A stretch of DNA of 64,000 nucleotides from Acutalibacteraceae bacterium (GTDB taxonomy: Bacteria > Bacillota > Clostridia > Oscillospirales > Acutalibacteraceae): the NCBI GenBank assembly GCA_045589395.1, contig JAZNOZ010000004.1, forward strand, positions 1,433-65,432. Direction: 5' to 3'. The notes beneath the pieces were generated by a model that did not search any database, was not told the DNA's origin, and saw only the letters and a program-made list of their open reading frames with translations. A program made the position numbers and the translations under genes. Shown here piece by piece: positions 45,026 to 54,190 of this stretch. The first letter of the stretch is position 1. Every line of letters begins with the position of its first letter.

Positions 45026-45922
45026 ATGGACGAAACCACAACATTATTATCAGAAGAGCTTTCAGAAAGCCTTTCCGAGCTTACGGATATCCCCACAAGC
45101 ACAGAGGAGGTAAGCGAGTATCTGCACAATCTCATTATGCTTGTTCAGGAATTTGCGGTTACATACGGTGTGAAGCTCGTTGCAGCAATAGCACTTCTCA
45201 TTATCGGCTTCAAGGTCATAAATATTTTCACAAAGAAGCTCTCAAAATCAAAGGCAATGGCAAAAATTGACCTTTCAACCCAAAGCTTTGTAAATAACAT
45301 ATTCTCAATAGGTCTTAAGATTATAATTGCCATAACAGCACTCGGTATAATAGGCGTTCCTATGACCTCCATTATCGCAGTTGTAGGCTCCTGCGGTCTT
45401 GCTATAGGTCTTGCTTTACAGGGAAGCTTATCAAACATTGCCGGCGGCTTTATAATTTTATTCCTCAAGCCCTTTGTTGTAGGTGACTTTATCACATCGG
45501 GCGACATTGCAGGTACGGTTGAGGCAATAGGTATATTCCACACAAAGATTATCACTGTTGACAATAAGCGTATTGTTGTGCCTAACTCCACAATCTCCAA
45601 TGCAACACTCACAAATGCATCGGCTCTTAAGGAGAGAAGAGTTGACCTTACCTTTACGGCTTCATATTCAAACGATGTTGATACCGTTGAAAGAGTGCTG
45701 CGCGAGGTCTGCGACAGGCACGAGCTTGTATTTTCCGATCCCGAGCCTTTTGTGCATCTTTCCGCACATAAGGATTTCGCACTCGAATATACTGTAAGAG
45801 TATGGTGTAAGGGTGACGATTACTGGACGGTTTATTTTGATCTGCTTAAAGATGTCAAAAAAGCATTTGATGAAAATTCTATATCAATTCCTTATCCCAG
45901 AATTGATATAAAAACTAAATAA
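45026..45922 (+). CDS. small-conductance mechanosensitive channel (MscS family)
   Basis: 298 aa. Three TM segments followed by 'KPFVVGDFITSGDIAGTVEAIGIFHTKIITVDNKRIVVPNSTISNATLTN', the MscS beta-domain signature. Confidence 0.88.
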   Translation: MDETTTLLSEELSESLSELTDIPTSTEEVSEYLHNLIMLVQEFAVTYGVKLVAAIALLIIGFKVINIFTKKLSKSKAMAKIDLSTQSFVNNIFSIGLKIIIAITALGIIGVPMTSIIAVVGSCGLAIGLALQGSLSNIAGGFIILFLKPFVVGDFITSGDIAGTVEAIGIFHTKIITVDNKRIVVPNSTISNATLTNASALKERRVDLTFTASYSNDVDTVERVLREVCDRHELVFSDPEPFVHLSAHKDFALEYTVRVWCKGDDYWTVYFDLLKDVKKAFDENSISIPYPRIDIKTK

Positions 45923-45943
45923 GCAAGAAAAATTAGACAAAGG

Positions 45944-45970
45944 CAGACCGGTTTTACGGTCTGTTTTTGT
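45944..45970 (+). terminator. Rho-independent terminator of the MscS gene
   Basis: cagaccg-gtttta-cggtctg followed by TTTTTGTTT. Confidence 0.8.
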
Positions 45971-46029
45971 TTAATTATATGGCTAAATATTAACTAAATA
46001 TTAATATATATTATTTTGAGAAAAACATA

Positions 46030-46089
46030 TTGACACATTGTCATTTTTTTGTTATTCTTACCCTTGTAAAGAAATGACAAAGTGTCATT
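46030..46089 (+). promoter_or_regulatory. promoter with two TGACA-N3-TGTCA palindromes (putative TetR operators)
   Basis: TTGACA at 46030-46035 overlaps palindrome 1, TGACAcatTGTCA (46031-46043). A weak -10, TATTCT, sits at 46053. Palindrome 2, AATGACAaagTGTCATT (46073-46089), lies in the leader of the TetR gene. Confidence 0.6.
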
Positions 46090-46135
46090 CTTTGCTCTTT
46101 TTTGAGGAAGATTTTTATTTTTCGGAGGACTTTTA

Positions 46136-46735
46136 ATGTCTGAAATATCGAATAAAAAAACGGAAAAAAGGATGAAAATTCTTGAATCTGCTTTTTCTCT
46201 TTTTCTTGAGAAATCAGTTGCGGCAACCGCTGTTGATGATATAGTCAAGGCTTCGGGAATAGCAAGAGGAACCTTTTATCTGTATTTCAAGGATAAAAGC
46301 GATTTGCTTGAGCAGATAATTATGTATAAGAGCATGGAGTCGATAAAAAGGCTTTTGTATGCAGCATCACAGAAAATTAAAGAAGAAAATTTACCCTTTA
46401 CGGAAATATGTAAACTGTTTATTGACAACTATATTGATTTTCTTGTAATGAATAAGGATATACTCGGAGTGTTACAGAAAAACATTTCCTCCTGTCTGAA
46501 GGTGCTTCCTAATCTCGGTGATGATGAAATTGCCCGCTGTTATTATGAAATACTCGAAAAATTTATAGAATTCGGATATGACAGGGAAAATGCAGAGAAG
46601 ACTATGTATATAGTAATAGATCTGGTAGGCTCGGTATGTTCTGATGCTATTTTATACTCTAAGCCCTTTTCGATTGATGAAATCAGGGATAATGTTAAAA
46701 CTGCAGCATTAAGTATTATAATGAGGTGTATATAA
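46136..46735 (+). CDS. TetR/AcrR-family transcriptional regulator
   Basis: 199 aa. N-terminal HTH 'ILESAFSLFLEKSVAATAVDDIVKASGIARGTFYLYFKDK'. Confidence 0.88.
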   Translation: MSEISNKKTEKRMKILESAFSLFLEKSVAATAVDDIVKASGIARGTFYLYFKDKSDLLEQIIMYKSMESIKRLLYAASQKIKEENLPFTEICKLFIDNYIDFLVMNKDILGVLQKNISSCLKVLPNLGDDEIARCYYEILEKFIEFGYDRENAEKTMYIVIDLVGSVCSDAILYSKPFSIDEIRDNVKTAALSIIMRCI

Positions 46736-46737
46736 GC

Positions 46738-49728
46738 GTGAAAAAAACAGTAAGTATTTTATTGGCACTTATTCTGTGCTTATCCCCGCTGTTATCTTTA
46801 GGTGCGGCGGCAGTAAGCTTTCCTGAGGGGGTAAGCCGCACGGATGTGCAGGCGGTTTTGCCTAAGGCGGAAAAGCTTACGGATTCTCTTATGGAGTCGC
46901 AAAACATTGATTTGTCGGAAATGATTTATGATATGCTTTTTACCGATTCCGTTGTCAATTCAATTATAAAAACTTTATATGCATCAGAGGAAACACAGGA
47001 AACAGCCCAGACGCTTTCAAGCCTCGGTGTGGATTTTTCTCCTGCAAATGTGGCAAACGGGCTCGGAAAATATCCTGAAATCAGCGCGGCACTTTCAGCC
47101 TGTGCAACATGGGATGATGCCAAATCAATAATTGACACATTTAAGTGGAACATCACTTCTCCCGAGCAGTTCGGCGAGGCTCTCAGCGGGATTTTTTATC
47201 CGTTCAATGATTTGCTGTTTACGCTTTTATGCTCAGGTAAATATTCGGTAAATGTTCTGCTTTCCATAAAGGGTGAAAACGGCTACTCCAATTCGATAGT
47301 TGAGCTTCTCAAAACGGTAGGTTGTCCGAATATTATGACTCAGGAGGCCTTCACCGCAGCTGCCGCAGAGGATAAGAGCAGTATGATAAAAAATCTTGTT
47401 GATATGCTTTTCTCCGCTGTTGATAATATGCTCGCTTCTCCCATAAGAGGAATGTGCAAATATCTTCCCGCAATAGCATATCTTCTTTATTCCGAAGCAC
47501 TGACCGAAACAATAACAACACTTATTTCTCCTCTTTCAATAAGAGTGGGTATTATTTCCTTTACGGGGCTTGATGCTATGATGGAAAACCTTTCTCTTAT
47601 GGAAAATTCACAGGGACTTACCTCAATGTTTCAGGATATGGATATGTCTTCCTTGCTCGGTGAGGATGTGCAGTTTGATTTTCCGGAAATTGACTTAAAA
47701 GAGCTTTCCCAATGCGGAAGCGTTAATGCAAACGGTATTTTTGTTGCCGATGAAGAGCTTGCATTTATATGGATGCTTGAATTTATTATTGAGCTTCTCA
47801 AGCTCAATTCTGCGGAAATTCTTTCCATGATTTCAGGCGAAATGTCTGTTGCAGGAGATATGAGCGCAATGCTTAATACCTTTCTTGCCAAGGATACGGC
47901 TTCTCTGGTAAGGCTTGTTTTTGATGTTTTCACTCTTAAAAGTCAGGAAACAATAAATAATTATCAATGGTCTTATGCTGCTGTAACACCTGTTGAAATC
48001 ACATATACCGCAAATCTTACCAAGGATGATTATGCTAAAATGCTCGGTGAGATTGATGAGGTGCTTAATCAATTCGCATATGAATTCGGCGGCGGCACAA
48101 CTCTTTCACAGCTTTTGCAGACTGAATTGTATTCCAATACACTTGTTTCCACTCTTGTAAAATCAATATATTCAATGCTCGCAGATGAATCTATGTCAGG
48201 CTTGCTGTCCTTGCTCGGTGTTGATGCAACTCCCGCAGGCGTAGCAAATGCCATTCAGGCACAGTATCCCGCAACGGCCCAAAAGCTTTCAAAGCTTTCC
48301 TCTTGGGAAAAGCTTAATGAAAAGACCTTCACATGGGGCTTTTCAAACGGCAGCAAATCCGGCTTTACCAATGTGCTGACCGCTGTGCTCAGACCTTTCT
48401 TCCCGATGCTGAGATTTCTTCTTGCAGGCGGCTCTATGAATATCCTTGATGTTATAGATATATACGGCTCAAACGGCTATAACACTGCTGTTATTCCTCT
48501 TTTAGAGGCATTGGGCTGTGACAGCTCATTGATAAAACCGTATGCACAGTATGCTGCAGGTGCTTCCACAGACAGTGTGATTACCGATATTCTCACTCCC
48601 GTAACCGCACTGCTTGACAGATTGATTGCAAGTCCCGTAAGCACAATAGTTGAAATTCTTCCCAACCTTATGTATTTTGCCGATATGGGCGGCATAAGCA
48701 TTTGTATTGATAATCTTATTTTCCCTGTAAAGGTATTACTCGAAAAGCTCGGTATGAGCGATTTGCTTTCAGGCTCGGGACTTAATCTTCAGCAATTCGA
48801 TATAAAGAGTCTGCTTTCTTCAATTGATATGGGGGAAATCGGAATTTCACTCGAAAATGTTGATTTGAGTCAGGTTAAGAATATGGGTGTGGCTGTTGCA
48901 AAAGCAAGTAAGGCAACAGTTAACGGTGCATATACACAGTATACCTATGTTCAGAGTGACTCTCCTGCGGTGCTTGTTTCTCTTCTGAGAACTCTTTTAG
49001 GCTCTATGGACCCGAGTGCAATGTCCTCCTTTATGAGTGGGGATATGATGAATGAAAATCCTATGTTTGCCACATATGCTCAGAATATTACCGAGCAGCT
49101 GTCTGCAATGACAACCGATGAAACCATTGAGTGGTTTTATGATTTGCTGTTTGCCGAAACTCCCACAGTTGAGCTTCCCGACAGAAATGAAGAGGAATTT
49201 ATTCCTACTGTAATTTATACTCCCGAAGAAACAACAGATCCCTCAACCGTTATTGTTATAGTTGCCGTAATCGTTGTTGTTCTGATTGTTGGTATTATTG
49301 TTATTATTTCAAAGCTTGATATAAGTGAAATAAAGCAGAAGAAAAAGCGTAAAAAGGAGCTTAAGACGCTTAAGAAGCTTGAAATGAAAAAAGAAAAAGA
49401 GCTTCTCAATCCTGCTAAGGCAAGAAAAGCAGCGGCAAAGGCTGCAAAGGCAAAGAATGAAAGTCAGAAGCCCGAAAAGCCCAGAAAGACAGAGGTTAAA
49501 AAGTCTGTTACCAACACTGCAAAATTCCCCGAAGAGCGTCCCGAAAAGGAATTGACAGCCGAAGAAAAGGCAAAACAGATGATAAAGAATAAAAAGCTTT
49601 CCGAAAAAGAGTTCAAAAAGCTTGAAGCAAGAACCGATAAAGCTGCAAACAAAGCAATAAAGGATGCAAAGAAAGCAGATAAATATTATGCCAAGGCAGT
49701 AAAAGAAGCCAATAATAAGAAGAAATAA
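46738..49728 (+). CDS. large surface protein: signal peptide, two copies of an unknown ~400-aa domain, a C-terminal TM anchor and a Lys-rich cytoplasmic tail
   Basis: GTG 46738 sits 9 nt after GAGGTG (the ORF-track start 46726 is possible). Signal peptide 'KKTVSILLALILCLSPLLSLGAAA'. Internal duplication ('LGVDFSPANVANGL...GENGYSNSIVELLKTVGCP' vs 'LGVDATPAGVANAI...GSNGYNTAVIPLLEALGCD'). TM 'VIVIVAVIVVVLIVGIIVII'. K/E/A-rich last ~130 aa. Confidence 0.75.
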   Translation: MKKTVSILLALILCLSPLLSLGAAAVSFPEGVSRTDVQAVLPKAEKLTDSLMESQNIDLSEMIYDMLFTDSVVNSIIKTLYASEETQETAQTLSSLGVDFSPANVANGLGKYPEISAALSACATWDDAKSIIDTFKWNITSPEQFGEALSGIFYPFNDLLFTLLCSGKYSVNVLLSIKGENGYSNSIVELLKTVGCPNIMTQEAFTAAAAEDKSSMIKNLVDMLFSAVDNMLASPIRGMCKYLPAIAYLLYSEALTETITTLISPLSIRVGIISFTGLDAMMENLSLMENSQGLTSMFQDMDMSSLLGEDVQFDFPEIDLKELSQCGSVNANGIFVADEELAFIWMLEFIIELLKLNSAEILSMISGEMSVAGDMSAMLNTFLAKDTASLVRLVFDVFTLKSQETINNYQWSYAAVTPVEITYTANLTKDDYAKMLGEIDEVLNQFAYEFGGGTTLSQLLQTELYSNTLVSTLVKSIYSMLADESMSGLLSLLGVDATPAGVANAIQAQYPATAQKLSKLSSWEKLNEKTFTWGFSNGSKSGFTNVLTAVLRPFFPMLRFLLAGGSMNILDVIDIYGSNGYNTAVIPLLEALGCDSSLIKPYAQYAAGASTDSVITDILTPVTALLDRLIASPVSTIVEILPNLMYFADMGGISICIDNLIFPVKVLLEKLGMSDLLSGSGLNLQQFDIKSLLSSIDMGEIGISLENVDLSQVKNMGVAVAKASKATVNGAYTQYTYVQSDSPAVLVSLLRTLLGSMDPSAMSSFMSGDMMNENPMFATYAQNITEQLSAMTTDETIEWFYDLLFAETPTVELPDRNEEEFIPTVIYTPEETTDPSTVIVIVAVIVVVLIVGIIVIISKLDISEIKQKKKRKKELKTLKKLEMKKEKELLNPAKARKAAAKAAKAKNESQKPEKPRKTEVKKSVTNTAKFPEERPEKELTAEEKAKQMIKNKKLSEKEFKKLEARTDKAANKAIKDAKKADKYYAKAVKEANNKKK

Positions 49729-49743
49729 AGAGGGAGGAAAAAT

Positions 49744-52515
49744 ATGCTTATATTAAAAGATATCGTAAAAGATTATGCAGCAGGCGATTTAGGTGTAAGA
49801 GCACTTAAAGGCGTTAATATTAATTTCAGAGAAAATGAATTTGTATCAATCCTCGGTCCTTCGGGCTGCGGAAAAACAACAATGCTTAACATTATAGGCG
49901 GACTTGACAGATACACAAGCGGTGACCTTATTATCAACGGCAAATCTACACAGGATTTTACGGACAGTGACTGGGATACTTACCGTAACCATTCCATAGG
50001 CTTTGTTTTCCAGAGCTATAACCTTATTCCCCATCAGACTGTTCTTGCAAATGTTGAGCTTGCGCTCACTCTTTCCGGTGTATCAAAGAAGGAACGCCGC
50101 AAGAGAGCAATAGAAGCTCTCGAAAAGGTAGGCTTAGGTGAACAGATAAACAAAAAGCCCTCACAGATGTCGGGCGGACAGATGCAGAGAGTTGCTATTG
50201 CAAGAGCTATTATAAACAATCCTGATATTCTTCTTGCCGATGAGCCCACAGGTGCGCTTGACAGTGAAACAAGTGTACAGATAATGGAAATTCTCAGAGA
50301 GATTGCCAAGGATAAGCTCATTATTATGGTAACACATAACCCTGAGCTTGCTGAAACCTATTCAACAAGAATAATCAGCACTCTTGACGGTAAGGTGGTT
50401 GGTGACACAAACCCCTTTGAGCCTGAAAAGGCTGATTTTGAAGCAGAAAAGGCAAAGGCTGAAGCAGAAAAGGCAAAGGGTAAAAAGCCCTCCATGTCCA
50501 CTTCAACTGCATTCTCACTCAGTCTTCGCAACCTCACAACAAAAAAAGGCAGAACCTTCCTGACAGCTTTTGCCGGCAGTATCGGTATTATCGGTATAGC
50601 ACTTGTACTCGCTTTGTCAACGGGTATTGAAAACTATATAGATAAGCTGCAGAACGACCTGCTTTTAGCATATCCCGTAAGTGTTGAGCGGGAAGCTATA
50701 GATATGAACAATGTTATGGGCTCAATGATGAATATGACCTCGTCGATTACTGAGCTTGACCATGACCTTGATAAGATTTATGTAAACAACACTATGACCG
50801 AAATGATGAATACATTTATTTCGCAGGCAGAGTCAAACAACCTTAAAAGCTTCCGCCAGTATATAGAGGATAACAGAGGAAAATTTGATGAGCTGTGTAA
50901 TGATATTCAGTATAAATACGAAACACAGCTTAATATATACAGAGTTGACAATGAAAACGGTGTTATTCAGGTAAACCCCAACAATATGATTAATACACTT
51001 ATGTCAGGTTCATCGTCTTCAGGTATGACAGCCAATATGACCTCTTCCATGACAAATATGTTCAGTTCTTCTATGACAAACAGCTGGGTAGAGCTTATAG
51101 GTGATAACAAGCTGCTTGAAATGCAGTATGATATTGTTCACGGCAGACTTCCCGAAAACAAGAATGAAGTCGTTCTTATTGTTGATAAGCACAATGAGGT
51201 AAACGAGCTTGTGCAGTATGCACTCGGACTTAAAAATCAGGATAACTTTATGTCTGATATGATGGGAATGATGTCAGGAGAAGAGCTTTCTACTACTGTT
51301 ATTGAAGAATACACATATGACGACATAATTAATATGCAGTTCCGTCTTGTTTTTGACTACCAGTATTTTGTGTATGATGAAGCAACAGGGCTTTGGACAG
51401 ACCAGAGAGAAAATGCCATATATGAAAGACAGCTTGTTGAAAACGGCGAGCTTCTCACAATCGTAGGTATTATCCGTCCTGATGAAGACAATGCTATAGC
51501 AATAGGCACAGGCTGTATCGGCTACACCACAGAGCTTATGGATTATGCGCTTCAGAAAACACAGAGCAGTGATGTTGTTATCCAGCAGCTTGCAGACAAA
51601 ACAAAGGATGTTATCACAGGACTTACATTCAATACTCTTACCGTAAACGATTTCAGCCTTGCTGATATTGATATGTCACTGATTGATTTCAAATATCTTG
51701 ATTTATCTCCCTTTATGAGTATGATGGAAGATATTGATTTGTCACAGATTGATATACTCAATTTCGACATAACCGATCTTATGGACTTCTCGGATATGAC
51801 CGAGCTTCAGAAGAAGCTTGTTGAGGGCTATCTCTCCGATGAACAGGTTCTTGCATTCAAGCAGGCTTATGTTGACACTCTGAATGCTCAGTGTTCTCTT
51901 GATAAAACCTTTAAGTCTATAGGCTATGCAACAGAAGACACACCCTCTTCAATTTATATTTATCCCAAGTCATTTGAAGACAAGGAAGAAATAAATAATC
52001 TTGTTGCATACTATAATGAGCAGATGGAAGCTCAGGGCTATATCGGATATACAGTAACCGTTACCGATATTATGGGTATGATAATGTCTATGATGACAAG
52101 TATTCTTAATATCGTTACTTATGTTCTTGTTGCATTCGTTGCTATTTCTCTTGTTGTTTCATCAATAATGATTGGTATTATCACTTATATCTCGGTTCTT
52201 GAAAGAACAAAGGAAATCGGTATTCTCAGAAGTATCGGTGCTTCAAAGAAGGATATTTCGAGCGTATTCAACGCAGAAACCGTTACTATCGGTCTGGGGG
52301 CAGGTGTTATCGGTATTGTTTCAACGCTGCTGCTGGAAATTCCTATCAACTTCCTGCTCGAATATTTCACACATTCGGGTGCAGAAGCTCAGCTTCCTGT
52401 TGTTGCCGCAATTATCCTTGTCGGTATAAGCGTACTGCTCACATTTGTTGCAGGTCTTATTCCCTCATCCTTTGCAGCTAAGAAGGATCCCGTTGAAGCT
52501 CTCAGAACAGATTGA
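49744..52515 (+). CDS. fused ABC transporter: MacB/FtsX-type permease with an N-terminal ATPase
   Basis: 923 aa. Walker A 'GPSGCGKTT', 'MSGGQMQRVAIARA', 'LLADEPTGALD'. One TM around aa 270-295, a ~490-aa extracytoplasmic domain, and a C-terminal FtsX-type three-TM bundle. RBS GAGGGAGG, 15 nt after the previous stop. Confidence 0.88.
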   Translation: MLILKDIVKDYAAGDLGVRALKGVNINFRENEFVSILGPSGCGKTTMLNIIGGLDRYTSGDLIINGKSTQDFTDSDWDTYRNHSIGFVFQSYNLIPHQTVLANVELALTLSGVSKKERRKRAIEALEKVGLGEQINKKPSQMSGGQMQRVAIARAIINNPDILLADEPTGALDSETSVQIMEILREIAKDKLIIMVTHNPELAETYSTRIISTLDGKVVGDTNPFEPEKADFEAEKAKAEAEKAKGKKPSMSTSTAFSLSLRNLTTKKGRTFLTAFAGSIGIIGIALVLALSTGIENYIDKLQNDLLLAYPVSVEREAIDMNNVMGSMMNMTSSITELDHDLDKIYVNNTMTEMMNTFISQAESNNLKSFRQYIEDNRGKFDELCNDIQYKYETQLNIYRVDNENGVIQVNPNNMINTLMSGSSSSGMTANMTSSMTNMFSSSMTNSWVELIGDNKLLEMQYDIVHGRLPENKNEVVLIVDKHNEVNELVQYALGLKNQDNFMSDMMGMMSGEELSTTVIEEYTYDDIINMQFRLVFDYQYFVYDEATGLWTDQRENAIYERQLVENGELLTIVGIIRPDEDNAIAIGTGCIGYTTELMDYALQKTQSSDVVIQQLADKTKDVITGLTFNTLTVNDFSLADIDMSLIDFKYLDLSPFMSMMEDIDLSQIDILNFDITDLMDFSDMTELQKKLVEGYLSDEQVLAFKQAYVDTLNAQCSLDKTFKSIGYATEDTPSSIYIYPKSFEDKEEINNLVAYYNEQMEAQGYIGYTVTVTDIMGMIMSMMTSILNIVTYVLVAFVAISLVVSSIMIGIITYISVLERTKEIGILRSIGASKKDISSVFNAETVTIGLGAGVIGIVSTLLLEIPINFLLEYFTHSGAEAQLPVVAAIILVGISVLLTFVAGLIPSSFAAKKDPVEALRTD

Positions 52516-52521
52516 TAAATA

Positions 52522-52556
52522 GCCGGGTGTTCGGAAGAACACCCGGCAGTTTTATT
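52522..52556 (+). terminator. Rho-independent terminator of the ABC operon
   Basis: gccgggtgttc-ggaa-gaacacccggc followed by AGTTTTATT. Confidence 0.8.
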
Positions 52557-52585
52557 CGCCTTATGGCAAGTTTTATTGCTTCGCA

Positions 52586-52766
52586 GTGATATTATGCTTT
52601 GCATAGTGTTATTATGAGGAAAGCGAATAACAAGGTTCTGACGAAGTCAGGTTCTTATTGTCCTGCGGACAGTTATTCTGCGAATAAAATATCACTGAAG
52701 CAGAATGCTTCAATATCACTATTGCCGAAGGTGATAATATCACTCTGCCGTCAGGCAGAATATCAC
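52586..52766. repeat. second hairpin / ATATCAC array (four + oriented units and two inverted units)
   Basis: AATATCAC at 52688, 52712, 52736 and 52759 (23-24-bp period), with hairpins tgaagca-gaa-tgcttca, tattgcc-gaa-ggtgata and tctgcc-gtca-ggcaga between them. Inverted GTGATAT at 52586 and GTGTTAT at 52606 flank tatgc-ttt-gcata. Central hairpins are ctgac-gaa-gtcag and tgtcc-tgc-ggaca. Confidence 0.8.
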
Positions 52767-52776
52767 TTGAATATAC

Positions 52777-52812
52777 AAAAAAACAGTGTAGCCTATGCGG
52801 GTTACACTGTGC
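52777..52812 (-). terminator. Rho-independent terminator of the pseudouridine synthase gene
   Basis: The minus strand reads gcacagtgtaaccc-gcata-ggctacactgt followed by a T7 run. Confidence 0.8.
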
Positions 52813-52839
52813 ATTAAAAGATATTTGCTAATGTTTTTT

Positions 52840-53502
52840 TTACTCAAACATATTCCATGGATATTTGTTTTCGGGCTTTGCGGTAAAGCTAAGCTTTTCT
52901 TTTGTTTCGGGATGAGTAAAGCTCAGTGAACAGCTGAAAAGTCCCAGTGTGGGAATGTTATCTGCCGCACCGTATTTTCCGTCACCTAAAAGCGGCATCT
53001 TACGCGATGCAAACTGTACTCTTATCTGATGTGTTCTGCCTGTGTGCAGTCTTATTTTCAGAAGTGAATAAGCATCGGTATCAGCTGTATATGTTTTTAT
53101 AATCGTATATGTCAGCGAGGCTTTTTTTACTCCCTTTCGCTCTCTTTTTACAACATATGATTTATTCTTTTTTGTGTCCTTGAACAGCCAATCCTCTAAA
53201 ACGGCACTTTTTTCTTCGGGTACATTATGAACTATTGCAAGGTATTCCTTCTGAAAATTGTTGAGTGTTATCTCATTTGAAAGGAAAGCCGCCGCTTTTT
53301 TTGTTTTTGCATATACCATAATCCCGGCTGTTGCCGTGTCCAGCCGATGAACGGGGAAAATCTGAGGCTGAGCTGCTCCTTGTTTTTCGCAATACTTTAT
53401 AAGCTCATTCACCATATCCTTTTTGTCCGGTCGTTCCTGAGAGGATATTCCTGCAGGTTTTATGCAAACAATTATGTGGTTGTCTTCAAAAAGTAAGTTC
53501 AT
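52840..53502 (-). CDS. RluA-family pseudouridine synthase (no S4 domain)
   Basis: 220 aa. Catalytic motif 'HRLDTATAGIMVYAKT' and 'GRTHQIRVQ'. Confidence 0.88.
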   Translation of the reverse strand: MNLLFEDNHIIVCIKPAGISSQERPDKKDMVNELIKYCEKQGAAQPQIFPVHRLDTATAGIMVYAKTKKAAAFLSNEITLNNFQKEYLAIVHNVPEEKSAVLEDWLFKDTKKNKSYVVKRERKGVKKASLTYTIIKTYTADTDAYSLLKIRLHTGRTHQIRVQFASRKMPLLGDGKYGAADNIPTLGLFSCSLSFTHPETKEKLSFTAKPENKYPWNMFE

Positions 53503-53723
53503 AATAAAGCTCCCGAAAAATTCTTTATTTATAATACAATTATTTTATTGTGAAATCAATATTCTATTCAATGATTGTTCATAATTTTTGTTGTTTTATA
53601 AAATCAAATATGCATTTTTCCGTCATTATATATGTGTTTGTTTGATAAAAGCAGAGATGCCGTTTTGAATTGTTGTGTGAATGTGACAAATCTGTTAATC
53701 TTTTGGAATGATGCCGAAATTTA

Positions 53724-53752
53724 TTGAAATTGTTTTTAATTAATGCTATTAT
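53724..53752 (+). promoter_or_regulatory. sigma-A-like promoter of the micro-ORF 1-2 unit
   Basis: TTGAAA at 53724-53729, a 17-nt spacer, then TATTAT at 53747-53752. Confidence 0.5.
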
Positions 53753-53803
53753 TAGTATGTAATATAGTTTATTATACTGATTTGTATTTTGGAGGTGAAA
53801 TAA

Positions 53804-53947
53804 ATGGAAGAAACAACAAAGGTTGCTCCCGGTGCAATATTATCTGATGATGCAAAAACAATCGGTGATGCAATAGATGATTTTGCAGCAATTTTTATCT
53901 GGCTTTTTAATAAAATCAAAGAGCTTTTGGCAAAAATCGGCTTGTAA
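53804..53947 (+). CDS. micro-ORF 1, 47-aa amphipathic peptide (not in the ORF track)
   Basis: Hand-translated as MEETTKVAPGAILSDDAKTIGDAIDDFAAIFIWLFNKIKELLAKIGL. RBS GGAGGTG lies 6 nt upstream. Paralogous to the next two micro-ORFs. Confidence 0.65.
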   Translation: MEETTKVAPGAILSDDAKTIGDAIDDFAAIFIWLFNKIKELLAKIGL

Positions 53948-53979
53948 TTGCAGCGTTTAATTAAAAAGGAGGTCTGTTT

Positions 53980-54099
53980 ATGGAAGTAGCAGAATATATC
54001 CAAACATTTGTTAAAATGCTTGTTGAGATTATCAACGCCATAAAGAACTTCTTTAATGCAACTAAAGGCGAAGAAGATGCAGGCGAAGAAAAACAGTAA
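53980..54099 (+). CDS. micro-ORF 2, 39-aa amphipathic peptide with an acidic tail (not in the ORF track)
   Basis: Hand-translated as MEVAEYIQTFVKMLVEIINAIKNFFNATKGEEDAGEEKQ. RBS AAGGAGG lies 8 nt upstream. A terminator follows. Confidence 0.7.
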   Translation: MEVAEYIQTFVKMLVEIINAIKNFFNATKGEEDAGEEKQ

Positions 54100-54132
54100 G
54101 CAAAAAATGACAAATAGCTTTTCAGCTAAAAA

Positions 54133-54160
54133 GACCGACGCATAGGCGTCGGTTTTTTTT
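54133..54160 (+). terminator. Rho-independent terminator after micro-ORF 2
   Basis: gaccgacgc-atag-gcgtcggt followed by a T8 run. Confidence 0.85.
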
Positions 54161-54190
54161 GCCCGAAATTGTAAAAAAACGGTTAAATAC

